A stretch of DNA of 64,000 nt from Minisyncoccota bacterium (GCA_041666545.1 JBAYGS010000003.1:41086-105085), one strand, 5' to 3'; positions 8,602-18,902 are shown, counted from the stretch's first letter. Numbers and translations: made by a program. The notes: a model not told the origin generated them from the sequence alone.

Positions 8602-10551
8602 ATGTCTTCCCACTTAGAAAGTCTAAATCCTCGCCAACACGAGGCCGCTACAACCCTTGAAGGACCTTTACTAATCATCGCCGGAGCCGGAGCCGGTAAA
8701 ACCAAAACTATCGCCCATCGGATTCTTCACCTCATTAAATCTGGCGTAGCACCTCATCAAATTCTCGCCATCACCTTCACCAACAAGGCCGCCAAAGAAA
8801 TGCGGGAAAGGGTTATGGGTCTAATCAGAGGGGATTCCGAGCTCAATCTACCAATTGCCTTTTCTGAACAGCCTTTTGTGAGCACTTTTCATGCGCTCGG
8901 TGTCCACATCATCAGAGAAAATTCTTTGAAACTTGGCCTGACCAGAAATTTTACAATTTTTGACCGCAACGACTCGCTTCGCGCCGTCAAAGAAGCTGTA
9001 AAGTCTGCCGGTTTGGATCCAAAAGATTACGAACCGAAGAAATTTCTGAATGCGATCTCTTGGCAAAAAGGCGAGGGGAGGACCTTGAGCGATTTTGAGG
9101 CGGAGAGTTCGAAAAATTACTTCTCCGAGCTCGTCGCCTCCGTCTGGGCAAATTATGAAAAGGTTTTGAAAGCTGAAAAATCGCTCGATTTCGACGACTT
9201 GCTTTTAAAAGCTGCCAAATTATTGAAAACCGACGCCGAAGTTAGGGGACATTACCGAGATATCTGGAAGTATATCCACATTGATGAATATCAGGACACC
9301 AACAAGGTCCAGTACCAGATTGCCAAATTGTTAATCGGTGAAACTAATAATATTTGTGTCGTCGGCGACGAAGACCAGTTAATTTATGCTTGGCGTGGCG
9401 CCAACATTTCCCACATTTTGCATTTCGAAAAAGATTTCCCAAATACCAAAGTGGTCCTGCTGGAACAAAATTATCGCTCGACCAAAAATATCTTAAGTGT
9501 CGCCAACCAAATCATCTCTAAGAACAAAATCCGGACTGCCAAAAAACTTTTTACCGACAAAAGCGATGGGGATAAAATTGGCCTTTATGCCTCGATTAAC
9601 GAAACTGATGAAGCTCAGTTTGTTGCCCACAAAGCTCTGGAATTAATCCAAAGTGGCGCCTCGCCTAGAGAAATCGCTGTGCTCTACCGAGCCAATTTTC
9701 AGTCGCGAGTTTTGGAAGAAGCTTTTCTGCTACACAACATTCCTTACCAAGTTTTAGGCACGCGTTTTTTTGAACGAAAAGAAGTGAAGGATGTCCTGTC
9801 ATTTATTCGTGGTGCTTTAAATCCCGACAGCTCGGCCGATTTGAAAAGGATTATCAATGTTCCACCAAGGGGCATCGGCAAGGTCACTTTGATAAAAATT
9901 TTGGCCAAGCAGGAGGCAACTTTGCCACCGGCAACCCGGGCCAAGGTTGAAGATTTTAGAGAGCACTTGGCCAACATCAAAGAGGCAGTCAGCTTAAAAG
10001 TTCCTTCTGAGTTGGTGAAATTTGTTTTGCAAGAAATCGGTTTGGAAAAAGAGTTGCTAAACGGTACAGAGGAGGACCACGAGCGTCTAGAAAACTTACG
10101 AGAACTCGCCACTCTGGCAACTCGTTATGATCATTTACCACTTCCTACCGGCACAGAAAAACTTTTGGAAGACGCGGCGCTTGCGACCGACCAGGACGAG
10201 CTGGTCAAAGATGAAAAAGCTGTTAAGCTGATGACAGTCCACGCTTCCAAGGGTTTGGAATTTGATAGCGTTTTCATCACCGGCTTGGAAGACAATCTCT
10301 TCCCACACCGCCAAATCGGCGAAGCCCGTATTTCGGCGGGGGAGGAAGAAGAGGAACGCCGCCTGTTTTATGTGGCCGTCACCAGAGCGCGCAAAAAACT
10401 ATTCCTTTCCTATTCCAGCAGTCGAACCATTTTCGGTTCGTCGCAAATGAACGCACCGTCAGAATTTATCACCGATATCGATGATATTTTCCTCGAAGCC
10501 GAGGAGCGTAATTGGGATTTGCCGGCCGAGAAGATAATTTATTTTGATTAA
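8602..10551 (+). CDS. UvrD/PcrA-family ATP-dependent DNA helicase
   Basis: 649 aa. LNPRQHEAATTLEGPLLIIAGAGAGKTKTIAHRI (Walker A) and DEYQDTN (motif II), with the UvrD C-terminal domain. Confidence 0.9.
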   Translation: MSSHLESLNPRQHEAATTLEGPLLIIAGAGAGKTKTIAHRILHLIKSGVAPHQILAITFTNKAAKEMRERVMGLIRGDSELNLPIAFSEQPFVSTFHALGVHIIRENSLKLGLTRNFTIFDRNDSLRAVKEAVKSAGLDPKDYEPKKFLNAISWQKGEGRTLSDFEAESSKNYFSELVASVWANYEKVLKAEKSLDFDDLLLKAAKLLKTDAEVRGHYRDIWKYIHIDEYQDTNKVQYQIAKLLIGETNNICVVGDEDQLIYAWRGANISHILHFEKDFPNTKVVLLEQNYRSTKNILSVANQIISKNKIRTAKKLFTDKSDGDKIGLYASINETDEAQFVAHKALELIQSGASPREIAVLYRANFQSRVLEEAFLLHNIPYQVLGTRFFERKEVKDVLSFIRGALNPDSSADLKRIINVPPRGIGKVTLIKILAKQEATLPPATRAKVEDFREHLANIKEAVSLKVPSELVKFVLQEIGLEKELLNGTEEDHERLENLRELATLATRYDHLPLPTGTEKLLEDAALATDQDELVKDEKAVKLMTVHASKGLEFDSVFITGLEDNLFPHRQIGEARISAGEEEEERRLFYVAVTRARKKLFLSYSSSRTIFGSSQMNAPSEFITDIDDIFLEAEERNWDLPAEKIIYFD

Positions 10552-10556
10552 CTAAG

Positions 10557-11342
10557 ATGTACGCACGGAAATCACTGGGTCAACATTTCTTAAATTCGCC
10601 AGCCGCGATTAAGGCCATTATAGATGCTGGACAAATCAAAAAGGATGAAATTATTTTAGAAATCGGGCCCGGTCGAGGAGTCTTGACCGGAGCCTTACTT
10701 CAGAAGACCAGCCGAGTCATCGCAGTCGAAAAAGACAGCCGACTAATGCCGGTTTTGCAGCAAAAGTTCACTAAAGAAATAACTTCCGGTGAGCTGACCC
10801 TGGTGAGCGCCGACATTCTTAACTTTTCTCTGACTGACGACTCACCACTCACTACTCATTACAAACTAATCGCCAACATCCCTTATTATCTAACCGGTGC
10901 GATTTTCAGAAAGTTTTTGGAAACCGAAAATCAGCCGGAAAAAATGGTTTTGCTGGTGCAGAAAGAGGTCGCCGACCGGATTCTGGCCAGAGACAACAAG
11001 GAAAGCTTGCTCTCGCTTAGCGTCAAGGCTTTTGGCAAACCAAAATACATCAAAACTGTTAAGGCCGGTTCTTTTAACCCGCCACCGAAAGTCGACTCGG
11101 CAATTTTAGCCATTGATGAAATCTCGCGAGATTTTTTTAAAGACTGCAGTGAAAAGATTTTTTTCAAATTGATTCATCTTGGATTTGCCCATAAAAGAAA
11201 ACAGCTAGTCGCCAACTTGGCCGGCAGTTATAAGAGGGAGAAGATTACAAAAATTCTAGGGCAGTTGGAATTGTCCCCAACCATCCGAGCCGAGGACCTG
11301 AAAATCAAAGACTGGCAACAGCTGGCCAAACTAATCGCCTGA
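10557..11342 (+). CDS. rsmA: 16S rRNA (adenine1518/1519-N6)-dimethyltransferase
   Basis: 261 aa. N-terminal KSLGQHFLNSPAAIKAIIDA and the SAM-binding EIGPGRGVLT motif are typical of KsgA/RsmA. Confidence 0.9.
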   Translation: MYARKSLGQHFLNSPAAIKAIIDAGQIKKDEIILEIGPGRGVLTGALLQKTSRVIAVEKDSRLMPVLQQKFTKEITSGELTLVSADILNFSLTDDSPLTTHYKLIANIPYYLTGAIFRKFLETENQPEKMVLLVQKEVADRILARDNKESLLSLSVKAFGKPKYIKTVKAGSFNPPPKVDSAILAIDEISRDFFKDCSEKIFFKLIHLGFAHKRKQLVANLAGSYKREKITKILGQLELSPTIRAEDLKIKDWQQLAKLIA

Positions 11343-11370
11343 TACGCAAGGAAACACCGCCAACTTATCT

Positions 11371-11781
11371 TTACCTGGTTGTACCCGTGCCCGGCTTACT
11401 GCCGTAGGTGCCGTCATTTTGAAGATCGACACACGATGTATAAACCCTGATACTGCAAGCTTGGGCATTGCCTTTGCGATAAGTGCCCACTTGATAACGA
11501 CCTTCAACATTATTATTCGGATATAACTTTGAATCTCCTTGGGCATAATAAAGTTTGATAACTGAATTGGTTCTATAATCCAAAATCCAATGGGAGTTGC
11601 CACTACAAGTACAAACACTTGAACCCATTGTGAGCAGGTGCATGCCCCCAAAAGGAGTCTCGTTGCCGGCAGCCTGAGAATCGGTTGCTGACGAGATTAA
11701 TAAAACCAAAGCTAGTGCCAAAAGAGAAACCGTGAGTAATTTTTTTATTACATTTACCATAACATTTATATTATACACCAC
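11371..11781 (-). CDS. small secreted Cys-containing protein (start probably at an internal Met, MVNVIKKLL)
   Basis: Signal-peptide-like LLTVSLLALALVLLISSA, then a soluble region with several Cys. No recognisable family. Confidence 0.3.
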   Translation of the reverse strand: MVYNINVMVNVIKKLLTVSLLALALVLLISSATDSQAAGNETPFGGMHLLTMGSSVCTCSGNSHWILDYRTNSVIKLYYAQGDSKLYPNNNVEGRYQVGTYRKGNAQACSIRVYTSCVDLQNDGTYGSKPGTGTTR

Positions 11782-11833
11782 CCCTCGCTTTATCGTTTTA
11801 GGAAAACTTTAAAACGCTTGATATAATTAGCTG

Positions 11834-12811
11834 ATGAAAAACAATCGGCTCACTTTATGGGCAAGCATTGTTCTGGCACTTTTGATTGTCGGCGGAACTT
11901 GGTATTTCTCCGTTAGCAAAGACAGTCAACAAAATATCGTCTCTGATAGCAGTGGCTTGAAACAAGTGGCTAGTCTGGTGACAGAAAAAGATTCTGATCG
12001 TGATGGTTTGAAAGACTGGGAAGAGTCACTTTGGGGGACTGACCCAATGAATCCTGATACTGACGGCGATGGCACAAATGATAGTGACGAAGTCAAGGCC
12101 GGAAGAAATCCCTTGATTCAGGGACCAAACGATATCTTGCAAAAATCGGACGACATCACACAAGTCACTAACATCTCCGCAAACGAGGAACTTAGCCAGA
12201 CTGACAAATTCTCGCGCGAACTTTTTGCCCGTTATTTAGCTTTCAAGCAGGGCAGTGAGACTTTGGACCCAAAGAGTCAAGAAATCATTATCAATAGTAT
12301 GTTGGCGGAGAACCAGACGACTATTTCTGCTAAAGTTCATTCTTCAGCCGAGCTAAAGGTGAGCCAAGACAATTCGGCAGCTGCCTTAAAAAATTATGGC
12401 AACCTGCTTGGCGGGGCCATTATTTCGTCTAGTCCGAAAAACACCCGAAACGAGATTACGATTTTAAACGAAGCGGCCCAGTCCGGAGATGAGAACAAAA
12501 TCGGAGAGCTGGACCCAATAATCACCGGCTACCAAGATTTGATCAAAGCTGTTTTGACTATAGAAGTTCCAACAGGGGCCATCTCAATCCACATCGCTTT
12601 CATCAATAGTTTGGAAAAAGTCTTGGTTAATATCAAAACTTTGCGACAATTCTTTACTGACCCGATCGCCGCTTTGTCAGGAATCAATAATTACGAGGGC
12701 GCTGTCACCTCTTTGCAATCAAGCTTGACCGCTTTCAGGAGCTTTTTCCAGGTTAAGGGCATCGTTTTCGAACCGACCGCCCCAGGGAACGCGCTTGTGG
12801 GCAACTTTTAG
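11834..12811 (+). CDS. membrane-anchored protein with thrombospondin type-3-like Ca-binding repeats
   Basis: N-terminal TM helix. DSDRDGLKDWEE...DPMNPDTDGDGTNDSDE aspartate-rich repeats. First gene of the co-directional secretion-like locus. Confidence 0.4.
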   Translation: MKNNRLTLWASIVLALLIVGGTWYFSVSKDSQQNIVSDSSGLKQVASLVTEKDSDRDGLKDWEESLWGTDPMNPDTDGDGTNDSDEVKAGRNPLIQGPNDILQKSDDITQVTNISANEELSQTDKFSRELFARYLAFKQGSETLDPKSQEIIINSMLAENQTTISAKVHSSAELKVSQDNSAAALKNYGNLLGGAIISSSPKNTRNEITILNEAAQSGDENKIGELDPIITGYQDLIKAVLTIEVPTGAISIHIAFINSLEKVLVNIKTLRQFFTDPIAALSGINNYEGAVTSLQSSLTAFRSFFQVKGIVFEPTAPGNALVGNF

Positions 12812-12829
12812 CTATTTAAAAACCTTTTC

Positions 12830-14764
12830 GTGTTAAAATTTAGCCATACAGGAACAAGAATGACCCAAACATTTTGGAAAATTGGTAAAAAATTCCTTAC
12901 CGGGTTGCTTGTTTTGGCTTTTGTAATGCCAATGGTTTTCGCGACTTCGGCGAATTCTGCTAATGCCCAAGATGCAGGTGGGCTTGGTAGTGTCGTCCCT
13001 GTAGGTGACGCCAAAAACTTAGTCAAAAACACCGCCACCGCTTTCTCTACCAATGCCGAGAAAGTGAGAACTTATGTTTTAAACAACATCGCTTACACCG
13101 TAGCCAAAGGCATCGCCCGCCAACTGACAACGAGCATCGTCAACTGGATTAACTCTGGTTTTAACGGCAGTCCGGCCTTCGTCACCAATCCCACACAATT
13201 CTTAATCAATACCGCCGACCGAATTGCCGGCGACTTGATCGAAGGTTCGGAGCTTGGCTTCCTTTGCGACCCTTTCCGCCTCGACATCCGTTTGGCTTTA
13301 GGTTTAAAGTATCGACCTTTCTATGACAAAGTGACCTGTTCTTTTACCGGCGTTGTCAACAATGTGAGAAACAGCGTCTCCGGTTTTACCGATGGCAACT
13401 TTAGAAATGGTGGTTGGGGTAGTTGGCTGACTCTCACCAATCAACCGCAGAATAATGTTTTTGGCGCCTATTTGGAATCACAAAACGAATTGGAAATTCG
13501 CATCGCCGGCCAGAGAATTTTGGAGTCAAAGAAACTTGACTGGGGTGGCGGTTTTCTATCTTGGGAAACTAATTGTCGCGATGTCCCTCTGCCGGGCGAC
13601 TCCGGTTTCGTCGGCCCAACTTTGCCGGGAACAACCGCGAACGCCGTCGGCTCGGGATTTGTCGGACCGGTAAACAGCGGTGCCGGCCAGGTTAGACGCC
13701 AACAGACTTGTGACATCGCCACTCCTGGTAGCGTGATTAATGACCAACTCAAAAAAGCCTTGGGTTCCGGTATCGACCAGCTCAACTTGGCCGACGACTT
13801 CAATGAAATCGTAAATGCCTTGGTAGTCCAGATGGTTACTCAAGTGGCAGGCGGCGGGTCAAATAGACCTAACACGGTAGGTAACACAGGGGGTCTAAAA
13901 GGAGCAAGCCAAGCGTCAACAGGTGGAGGAGCACCCTTAACTTCAGACCTTGCCCGAGTCCAGGACAACGCCTCATTGAAAAATATCATGACTGGTGTGA
14001 AAGCTGAGCTTGACAATATGATTAGCAACGAAATTAGGTACATCGCCACCAAGATATCATCCTTAAACATTCTAAACACCACGGAAGATTCGGTTATTTA
14101 CTTAAGAAGATGTTATGACGAAAAAGTAAACGGCACACAAATCATTACCCAAAACCAAACCCAAACTCGCATCTACTGTTTGATTGGCAACGTACAATAT
14201 GAAGGACAATACTGCAACAACCAACAGGTCTACCAAGTCCAGAGCAACACCCTAATCAATGGCTTGACCCAAACAGAGGCTGCGACTGCCCGATCTAGGA
14301 TGACCGCCGCCGAGACGACAATCCAACAAGCAATTACCCCACTAAAAGCCCCGATTGAACTAGACATAGCCACCGCCCAAACAATTAAAACCGGTTTAAT
14401 TGCTCTTCAGACCGAAATCAACACAACCCTGGCTCAAAATGAGTTGTTTATCAATGCTGACGGCTCACTTAGAGCAGACTTGAGCCTGGCAGACGCGAAC
14501 GCCAATGTCCAGTTGTTAGGCAAAGCTCAACAACTGTCAAACCAATATCAAGCCCTGACTAGTCGAAATGATTTACACCGAGAAGACAGCTTACTTGACG
14601 CCGAATACGAACGCGACTCCGTAGTTCGTCCTCAGATGGCAACATTAATGGACGGAACACCAGGTCCACAAGGTACGCCAGGTATTTCAACAAAGATTGA
14701 AGCTTGTGCCAACTTCCCTTTTGCTGACAGACAAGCCCAAGGCGGTTGGGGAGCAACTCAATAA
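12830..14764 (+). CDS. large secreted hypothetical protein (probable start at 12860, MTQTFWKIG)
   Basis: Signal peptide LLVLAFVMPMVFATSANSANA, then a 600 aa Gly/Asn/Thr-rich extracytoplasmic protein. Sits immediately upstream of the VirB6-like gene. Confidence 0.4.
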   Translation: MLKFSHTGTRMTQTFWKIGKKFLTGLLVLAFVMPMVFATSANSANAQDAGGLGSVVPVGDAKNLVKNTATAFSTNAEKVRTYVLNNIAYTVAKGIARQLTTSIVNWINSGFNGSPAFVTNPTQFLINTADRIAGDLIEGSELGFLCDPFRLDIRLALGLKYRPFYDKVTCSFTGVVNNVRNSVSGFTDGNFRNGGWGSWLTLTNQPQNNVFGAYLESQNELEIRIAGQRILESKKLDWGGGFLSWETNCRDVPLPGDSGFVGPTLPGTTANAVGSGFVGPVNSGAGQVRRQQTCDIATPGSVINDQLKKALGSGIDQLNLADDFNEIVNALVVQMVTQVAGGGSNRPNTVGNTGGLKGASQASTGGGAPLTSDLARVQDNASLKNIMTGVKAELDNMISNEIRYIATKISSLNILNTTEDSVIYLRRCYDEKVNGTQIITQNQTQTRIYCLIGNVQYEGQYCNNQQVYQVQSNTLINGLTQTEAATARSRMTAAETTIQQAITPLKAPIELDIATAQTIKTGLIALQTEINTTLAQNELFINADGSLRADLSLADANANVQLLGKAQQLSNQYQALTSRNDLHREDSLLDAEYERDSVVRPQMATLMDGTPGPQGTPGISTKIEACANFPFADRQAQGGWGATQ

Positions 14765-14770
14765 TAAAAA

Positions 14771-16507
14771 ATGACCAGACTCAAAAAATATCTGCCATAT
14801 ATCCTGATTGCCGTAATCCTTTGCGGTTTGGCCTTTTCACCTTTACTGATAAACACCGACCATGCTTTGGCGGCTACAGCCGGAGGTTCGTCTGACACCC
14901 CGGGTGGAGAGGGTGGACTAATCAGCACAGTGGCAAGCGGAGTCTTCGATAAATTTATGTCGTCGGTCACTTACATCATCCTCTGGCTAGTCGCGAGGAT
15001 TACTTGGGTCTCCGGCGCCCTGCTCGACCTTTCTGTCTACTACAGTTTGAACTTGGCCACCCTCTTGTCGAGAACTAATATTGTCACTATCGGCTGGACA
15101 ATTTTCCGCGACCTGGCCAATGTTTTCTTCATTTTCATCCTCCTTTATTACGGTATTAGAATGATTATCAGCTTGCCGGTTGATAAAAATTTAATCACGC
15201 GATTGATTGTGGTCGCCCTGCTTATCAACTTCAGCCTCTTTATCAGTCGGGTAGTGATTGACGCTTCAAATGTGGTGGCCTTACAATTTTATAAAGCCAT
15301 TCGGCCAAACTATACTACTGATATATCTAACCCAGATTTTTATTTGGACAACATCTCGAGCCAATTTATGTATGGCTTGCAACTTTCGAGCACCTACGAC
15401 CCGGGCTCTGGCGATAAAAGTGTCCTTCGAGATACAGCCGGTATTGCTTCGAAGAAAATTATCGTGATGATAATGGGCATAATCTTGCTCTTGGTGGCGG
15501 CTTTCGTCTTCGCGGCCGCCGCGATTCTCTTTACCGTGCGAACGGTAGTTTTGATACTCCTGATGATTCTTTCACCAATCGCTTTTATCGGCTCTCTCAT
15601 ACCCAAAACCCAAAGTTATTCTGAAGAATGGTGGACCCAACTTTTCAATCAGTCATTTTTTGCTCCGGCCTACTTGGTTATGACCTATGTCGTTTTGAAG
15701 GCTCTCGGAGGTATCCAAACGATGATTCCTGTACCGGCCGGTGCCTCTTTTACCGACGCTTTCGGAGGAATGGCTTTAACCAGTGTCTCGATAATTATGA
15801 ATTATGTAATTCTGATTATCCTGATGCTTTCTTCTTTGATTATTGCCAAGAGAATGGGCGCTCACGGGGCCGATATGGCACAGAAGGCGGCCGGCAAGAT
15901 GTCGTTTGGGATGGCGGGAGCCTTCGGCAGAACAACCTTCGGCAAAGTCGCTCAATCTTTTGGCGGCAGTAAATTTGCGCAGGGTATGGCTGCCAAATCT
16001 GGGGCCGTTGGCGCCGCCAGCAGGTTAGCACTCAAAGCCACGAATGCTGTCGGCCAGTCTAGCTTTGACCTCAGGGCAACAACGATGGCCGGTGGGGGTA
16101 TAAGCAGTCTTGTTGGCGATGTTGGAAAACCAAGAACAGCAAAAGAACTAGCAAAGGAGGCCGAGGAGGATCGTAAAGTTAAAGCTCAGGCACAGGTCAA
16201 AGCTGATAACGCCAGATTGGGCCAGTCAATTTCCAATCTCGCAACAACCAATCCTGCTGCTATCCCTGGAATTGTCAGTAATTTAGACAAGGACCAGTTT
16301 AAGTCTATTGATCCAAAGATTTTTGTTAACAACTCAACCGCTGCTCAGAGCCTGGAACCAGAACAGCTTAAAAATCTACAGAACAACCCCGACATTACTC
16401 AGGCTGACCGTCGCGCAATTAGACAACACATTTTGAACCTTGGTGCTGTAGGCACACCTACCCACACCTTCATGGATAGTGGCCCTGGTAGTGTTTTGTG
16501 GGCATAA
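14771..16507 (+). CDS. VirB6/TrbL-like polytopic membrane protein
   Basis: 578 aa. Signal peptide, 6 or more TM helices, and a hydrophilic Gly/Ala-rich C-terminal tail. This architecture is typical of VirB6/TrbL/ConG-type T4SS channel proteins. Assignment is by architecture and context only. Confidence 0.45.
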   Translation: MTRLKKYLPYILIAVILCGLAFSPLLINTDHALAATAGGSSDTPGGEGGLISTVASGVFDKFMSSVTYIILWLVARITWVSGALLDLSVYYSLNLATLLSRTNIVTIGWTIFRDLANVFFIFILLYYGIRMIISLPVDKNLITRLIVVALLINFSLFISRVVIDASNVVALQFYKAIRPNYTTDISNPDFYLDNISSQFMYGLQLSSTYDPGSGDKSVLRDTAGIASKKIIVMIMGIILLLVAAFVFAAAAILFTVRTVVLILLMILSPIAFIGSLIPKTQSYSEEWWTQLFNQSFFAPAYLVMTYVVLKALGGIQTMIPVPAGASFTDAFGGMALTSVSIIMNYVILIILMLSSLIIAKRMGAHGADMAQKAAGKMSFGMAGAFGRTTFGKVAQSFGGSKFAQGMAAKSGAVGAASRLALKATNAVGQSSFDLRATTMAGGGISSLVGDVGKPRTAKELAKEAEEDRKVKAQAQVKADNARLGQSISNLATTNPAAIPGIVSNLDKDQFKSIDPKIFVNNSTAAQSLEPEQLKNLQNNPDITQADRRAIRQHILNLGAVGTPTHTFMDSGPGSVLWA

Positions 16508-16517
16508 AACCTAAAAC

Positions 16518-17276
16518 ATGAGATACGACTCAACAAAACTAAACGAAATTTATAAAACCCTGCCAAAAGATGTTCAGGAAGCGATGTTTTCGGTTGACTC
16601 CGCCAACGCTGTTCAAAAAATCGGCAAAGATAACGGCTTGATGATTGATAAAATGGGTACCCTTGGTCAAATGGTTGGTCTGGTAATGCTCGGTGTCATT
16701 AAATCCGTGAGTTTCGCCAAAGAAATCGAACACGAACTCGGAGTCAACTCAACAACCGCTCAAAAGATTGTCGCTCAAGTAAACGAGCAAATCTTTTTGC
16801 CAATCCGAGAATCGCTCCGGAAAATTCAAGAAAAAGAAATCAAGCCGGAATGGGACAGTGAATCAACCACCACCTTAAACCACGAAGATGTGTTGAAGGG
16901 GATTGAGGAACCCGGAGCAGTCACCGCCGATAAGCAAACCTTACTTAGCGAAAGCAAACCGGCGACCGCACCGGCGCCAGTCAACTTGCCGACCGGACCG
17001 ATGGGGAATGCACCGGCAGAAATCAACGCTTGGCCAAAATCACCTGAAATAACGAAAGCCCCACTCGAAACATCGGCAAAACTAAAAGTGGAAAGCATGG
17101 GAGTAAATATCCTTGAGGATAAAATGAGTAAAGTTGTCCATATCGCTAAAGAAACTAAAATCATTGAGCCAGAACCTTCAAAATTGCCGCCAGTTGCTCC
17201 GAAACCACCAACTCCACCCTCAATGCTGAAGAAGCAATATGGGACAGTTGATCCGTATAGAGAACCGGTAAGCTAG
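16518..17276 (+). CDS. hypothetical protein with a Pro-rich C-terminus
   Basis: Complete ORF inside the cluster. No recognisable motifs. Confidence 0.35.
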   Translation: MRYDSTKLNEIYKTLPKDVQEAMFSVDSANAVQKIGKDNGLMIDKMGTLGQMVGLVMLGVIKSVSFAKEIEHELGVNSTTAQKIVAQVNEQIFLPIRESLRKIQEKEIKPEWDSESTTTLNHEDVLKGIEEPGAVTADKQTLLSESKPATAPAPVNLPTGPMGNAPAEINAWPKSPEITKAPLETSAKLKVESMGVNILEDKMSKVVHIAKETKIIEPEPSKLPPVAPKPPTPPSMLKKQYGTVDPYREPVS

Positions 17277-17306
17277 TTTGTAGTGAGTAGTGGGTAGTGA
17301 GTAGTT
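17277..17306. repeat. family-A repeat (gtagtgagtagtgggtagtgagtag), left inverted copy flanking the four-helix-bundle gene
   Basis: Its exact reverse complement (aactactcactacccactactcactac) occurs at 17664-17690. Confidence 0.8.
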
Positions 17307-17309
17307 AAA

Positions 17310-17666
17310 ATGCAAGTCAAAACTTACAAAGATCTGATTGTTTGGCAAAAGTCTATGGAGCTGGCCACTTTGATTTATAATTTAACCAAAGAGTTCCCAA
17401 GAGACGAGGTCTATGGCTTGTCTTCACAAATCAAACGGGCCGTAATTGCAATCCCATCGAATATCGCCGAAGGACAACGCAGGAAGGGGACGAAAGAATT
17501 TATTCAATTTCTACACATCTCTTATGGGTCTGGAGCAGAACTGGAAACTCAGCTGGAATTAGCCAAAAGACTATCTTTCGGTAATTTGAATAGCTATACT
17601 GTCATAGAAAACCTTTTAAACGAAATCATGCGAATGTTAAATAAGTTAATTTACTCACTTCACTAA
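17310..17666 (+). CDS. four-helix-bundle protein (23S rRNA intervening-sequence protein family; Avd-like fold)
   Basis: 118 aa. DLIVWQKSMELATLIYNLTKEFPRDEVYGLSSQIKRAVIAIPSNIAEGQRRKGTKEFIQFLHISYGSGAELETQLELAKRL matches the TIGR02436 / PF05635 signature closely. Confidence 0.8.
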   Translation: MQVKTYKDLIVWQKSMELATLIYNLTKEFPRDEVYGLSSQIKRAVIAIPSNIAEGQRRKGTKEFIQFLHISYGSGAELETQLELAKRLSFGNLNSYTVIENLLNEIMRMLNKLIYSLH

Positions 17667-17698
17667 CTACTCACTACCCACTACTCACTACCAACTCC
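17652..17698. repeat. family-A repeat, right inverted copy (overlaps the stop of the four-helix-bundle gene)
   Basis: ctcacttcactaactactcactacccactactcactaccaactcc. Confidence 0.8.
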
Positions 17699-17699
17699 T

Positions 17700-18137
17700 A
17701 TGCGTTTCCAAACACCGCAATTCATAGAAATCGAGGACAAAATTTTTGGGCCTCTCACCCTGAAACAGTTCATCTACCTTTTGGGTGGCGCTGGTTTGGC
17801 TTTCATTTTTTACCGATTCCTTAATATTTTTGTGGCCGTACCCCTAATCATTGCCTCCTTGGGCTTTGGTATCGCTTTGGCTTTTTATAAGATCAACAAC
17901 AGACCATTTGCCTATATTATTGAAGTCGCGGCCAAATATTTCCTACGCAACAAACTTTACATTTGGAAGAAAAAAGATAAACCGGTAGTCCAGAAGACGG
18001 AGAGCAGTGAAGAAGACCTGGTTTCCGGGCTTTATGTCCCCAAACTTTCTGACAGCAAATTAAAAGATCTGGCCTGGAGCCTGGACATCAAAAATGTTGA
18101 GAACCCTGGGACTTCCGAGACCATGCGAGGAAAATAA
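17700..18137 (+). CDS. small membrane protein with two TM helices (possible VirB3-like component)
   Basis: 145 aa. Two hydrophobic helices near the N-terminus, then a charged tail. Positioned upstream of the VirB4-like ATPase as VirB3-like proteins often are. Context only. Confidence 0.3.
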   Translation: MRFQTPQFIEIEDKIFGPLTLKQFIYLLGGAGLAFIFYRFLNIFVAVPLIIASLGFGIALAFYKINNRPFAYIIEVAAKYFLRNKLYIWKKKDKPVVQKTESSEEDLVSGLYVPKLSDSKLKDLAWSLDIKNVENPGTSETMRGK

Positions 18138-18249
18138 TGGACCTAATCGTCATAATATTTTTTTGATTTTCCTCTGTTTTGGGATTTATTTGGAGCTTGG
18201 TGTTTGTTATTTGGTGCTTCTTTATTGGGTTTTATGATAAAATGGCTTT

Positions 18250-18885
18250 ATGGCAAAAGCGAGCAGTTCAGAAACAACTCAAGGATTTGTTCCGATTAAG
18301 GAAGTCAGAGACGGCATCGCCGTTTTGAAAAATGGCGGTTTAAGAGCAATTCTTTTGGCTTCTTCTTTGAATTTTGCGTTGAAATCGGCCGATGAACAGC
18401 AAGCTATCATTTCTCAATTCCAAAACTTTTTGAATTCATTGGACTTCTCGGTACAAATTTTCATCCAATCACGCCGACTAGATATCAGGCCATATATTGC
18501 CCTACTCGAAAGCCGGTACAAAGAACAGCTTTCGGATTTAATGAAAATCCAGACCCGAGAATATATCGAGTTCATCAAGAATTTTACCGAAAACACCAGT
18601 ATTATGAGCAAAAGCTTTTTTGTAGTCATTCCTTACACCCCATCAGTTCTCGGTTCGGGTTCAAAGGGCCTCCTGGGCCGAAAAACCGAAAAGGTGACTC
18701 CGCAGACCTCGATGGAAAACTTCGAGGAAGACAGGAGCCAGCTCGACCAAAGAATTTCTGTCGTGGCCCAAGGGCTGACTCGATCCGGCATCAGAGTGGT
18801 ACAGCTTGGCACTGAGGAAGTTATCGAGCTTTTCTACAAAATTTTTAATCCGGGTGAGAGCGAAAAACCGATCCAAGTAAAATAG
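18250..18885 (+). CDS. hypothetical soluble protein, possibly a VirB4 N-terminal-domain-like fragment
   Basis: 211 aa. VPIKEVRDGIAVLKNGGLRAILLASSLNFALKSADEQQAIISQFQNFLNSLDFSVQIFIQSRR recalls the N-terminal region of Gram-positive VirB4/TrsE-type ATPases. Unverified. Confidence 0.3.
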   Translation: MAKASSSETTQGFVPIKEVRDGIAVLKNGGLRAILLASSLNFALKSADEQQAIISQFQNFLNSLDFSVQIFIQSRRLDIRPYIALLESRYKEQLSDLMKIQTREYIEFIKNFTENTSIMSKSFFVVIPYTPSVLGSGSKGLLGRKTEKVTPQTSMENFEEDRSQLDQRISVVAQGLTRSGIRVVQLGTEEVIELFYKIFNPGESEKPIQVK

Positions 18886-18902
18886 TGGCTATTTTACTTG
18901 GA

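Noticed and set aside
10931-11167. Minus-strand 78 aa ORF inside rsmA, and similar antisense ORFs inside uvrD, dnaA and PBP1A
   Set aside because: They are embedded in well-supported conserved genes on the opposite strand, with no start context. Treated as noise.
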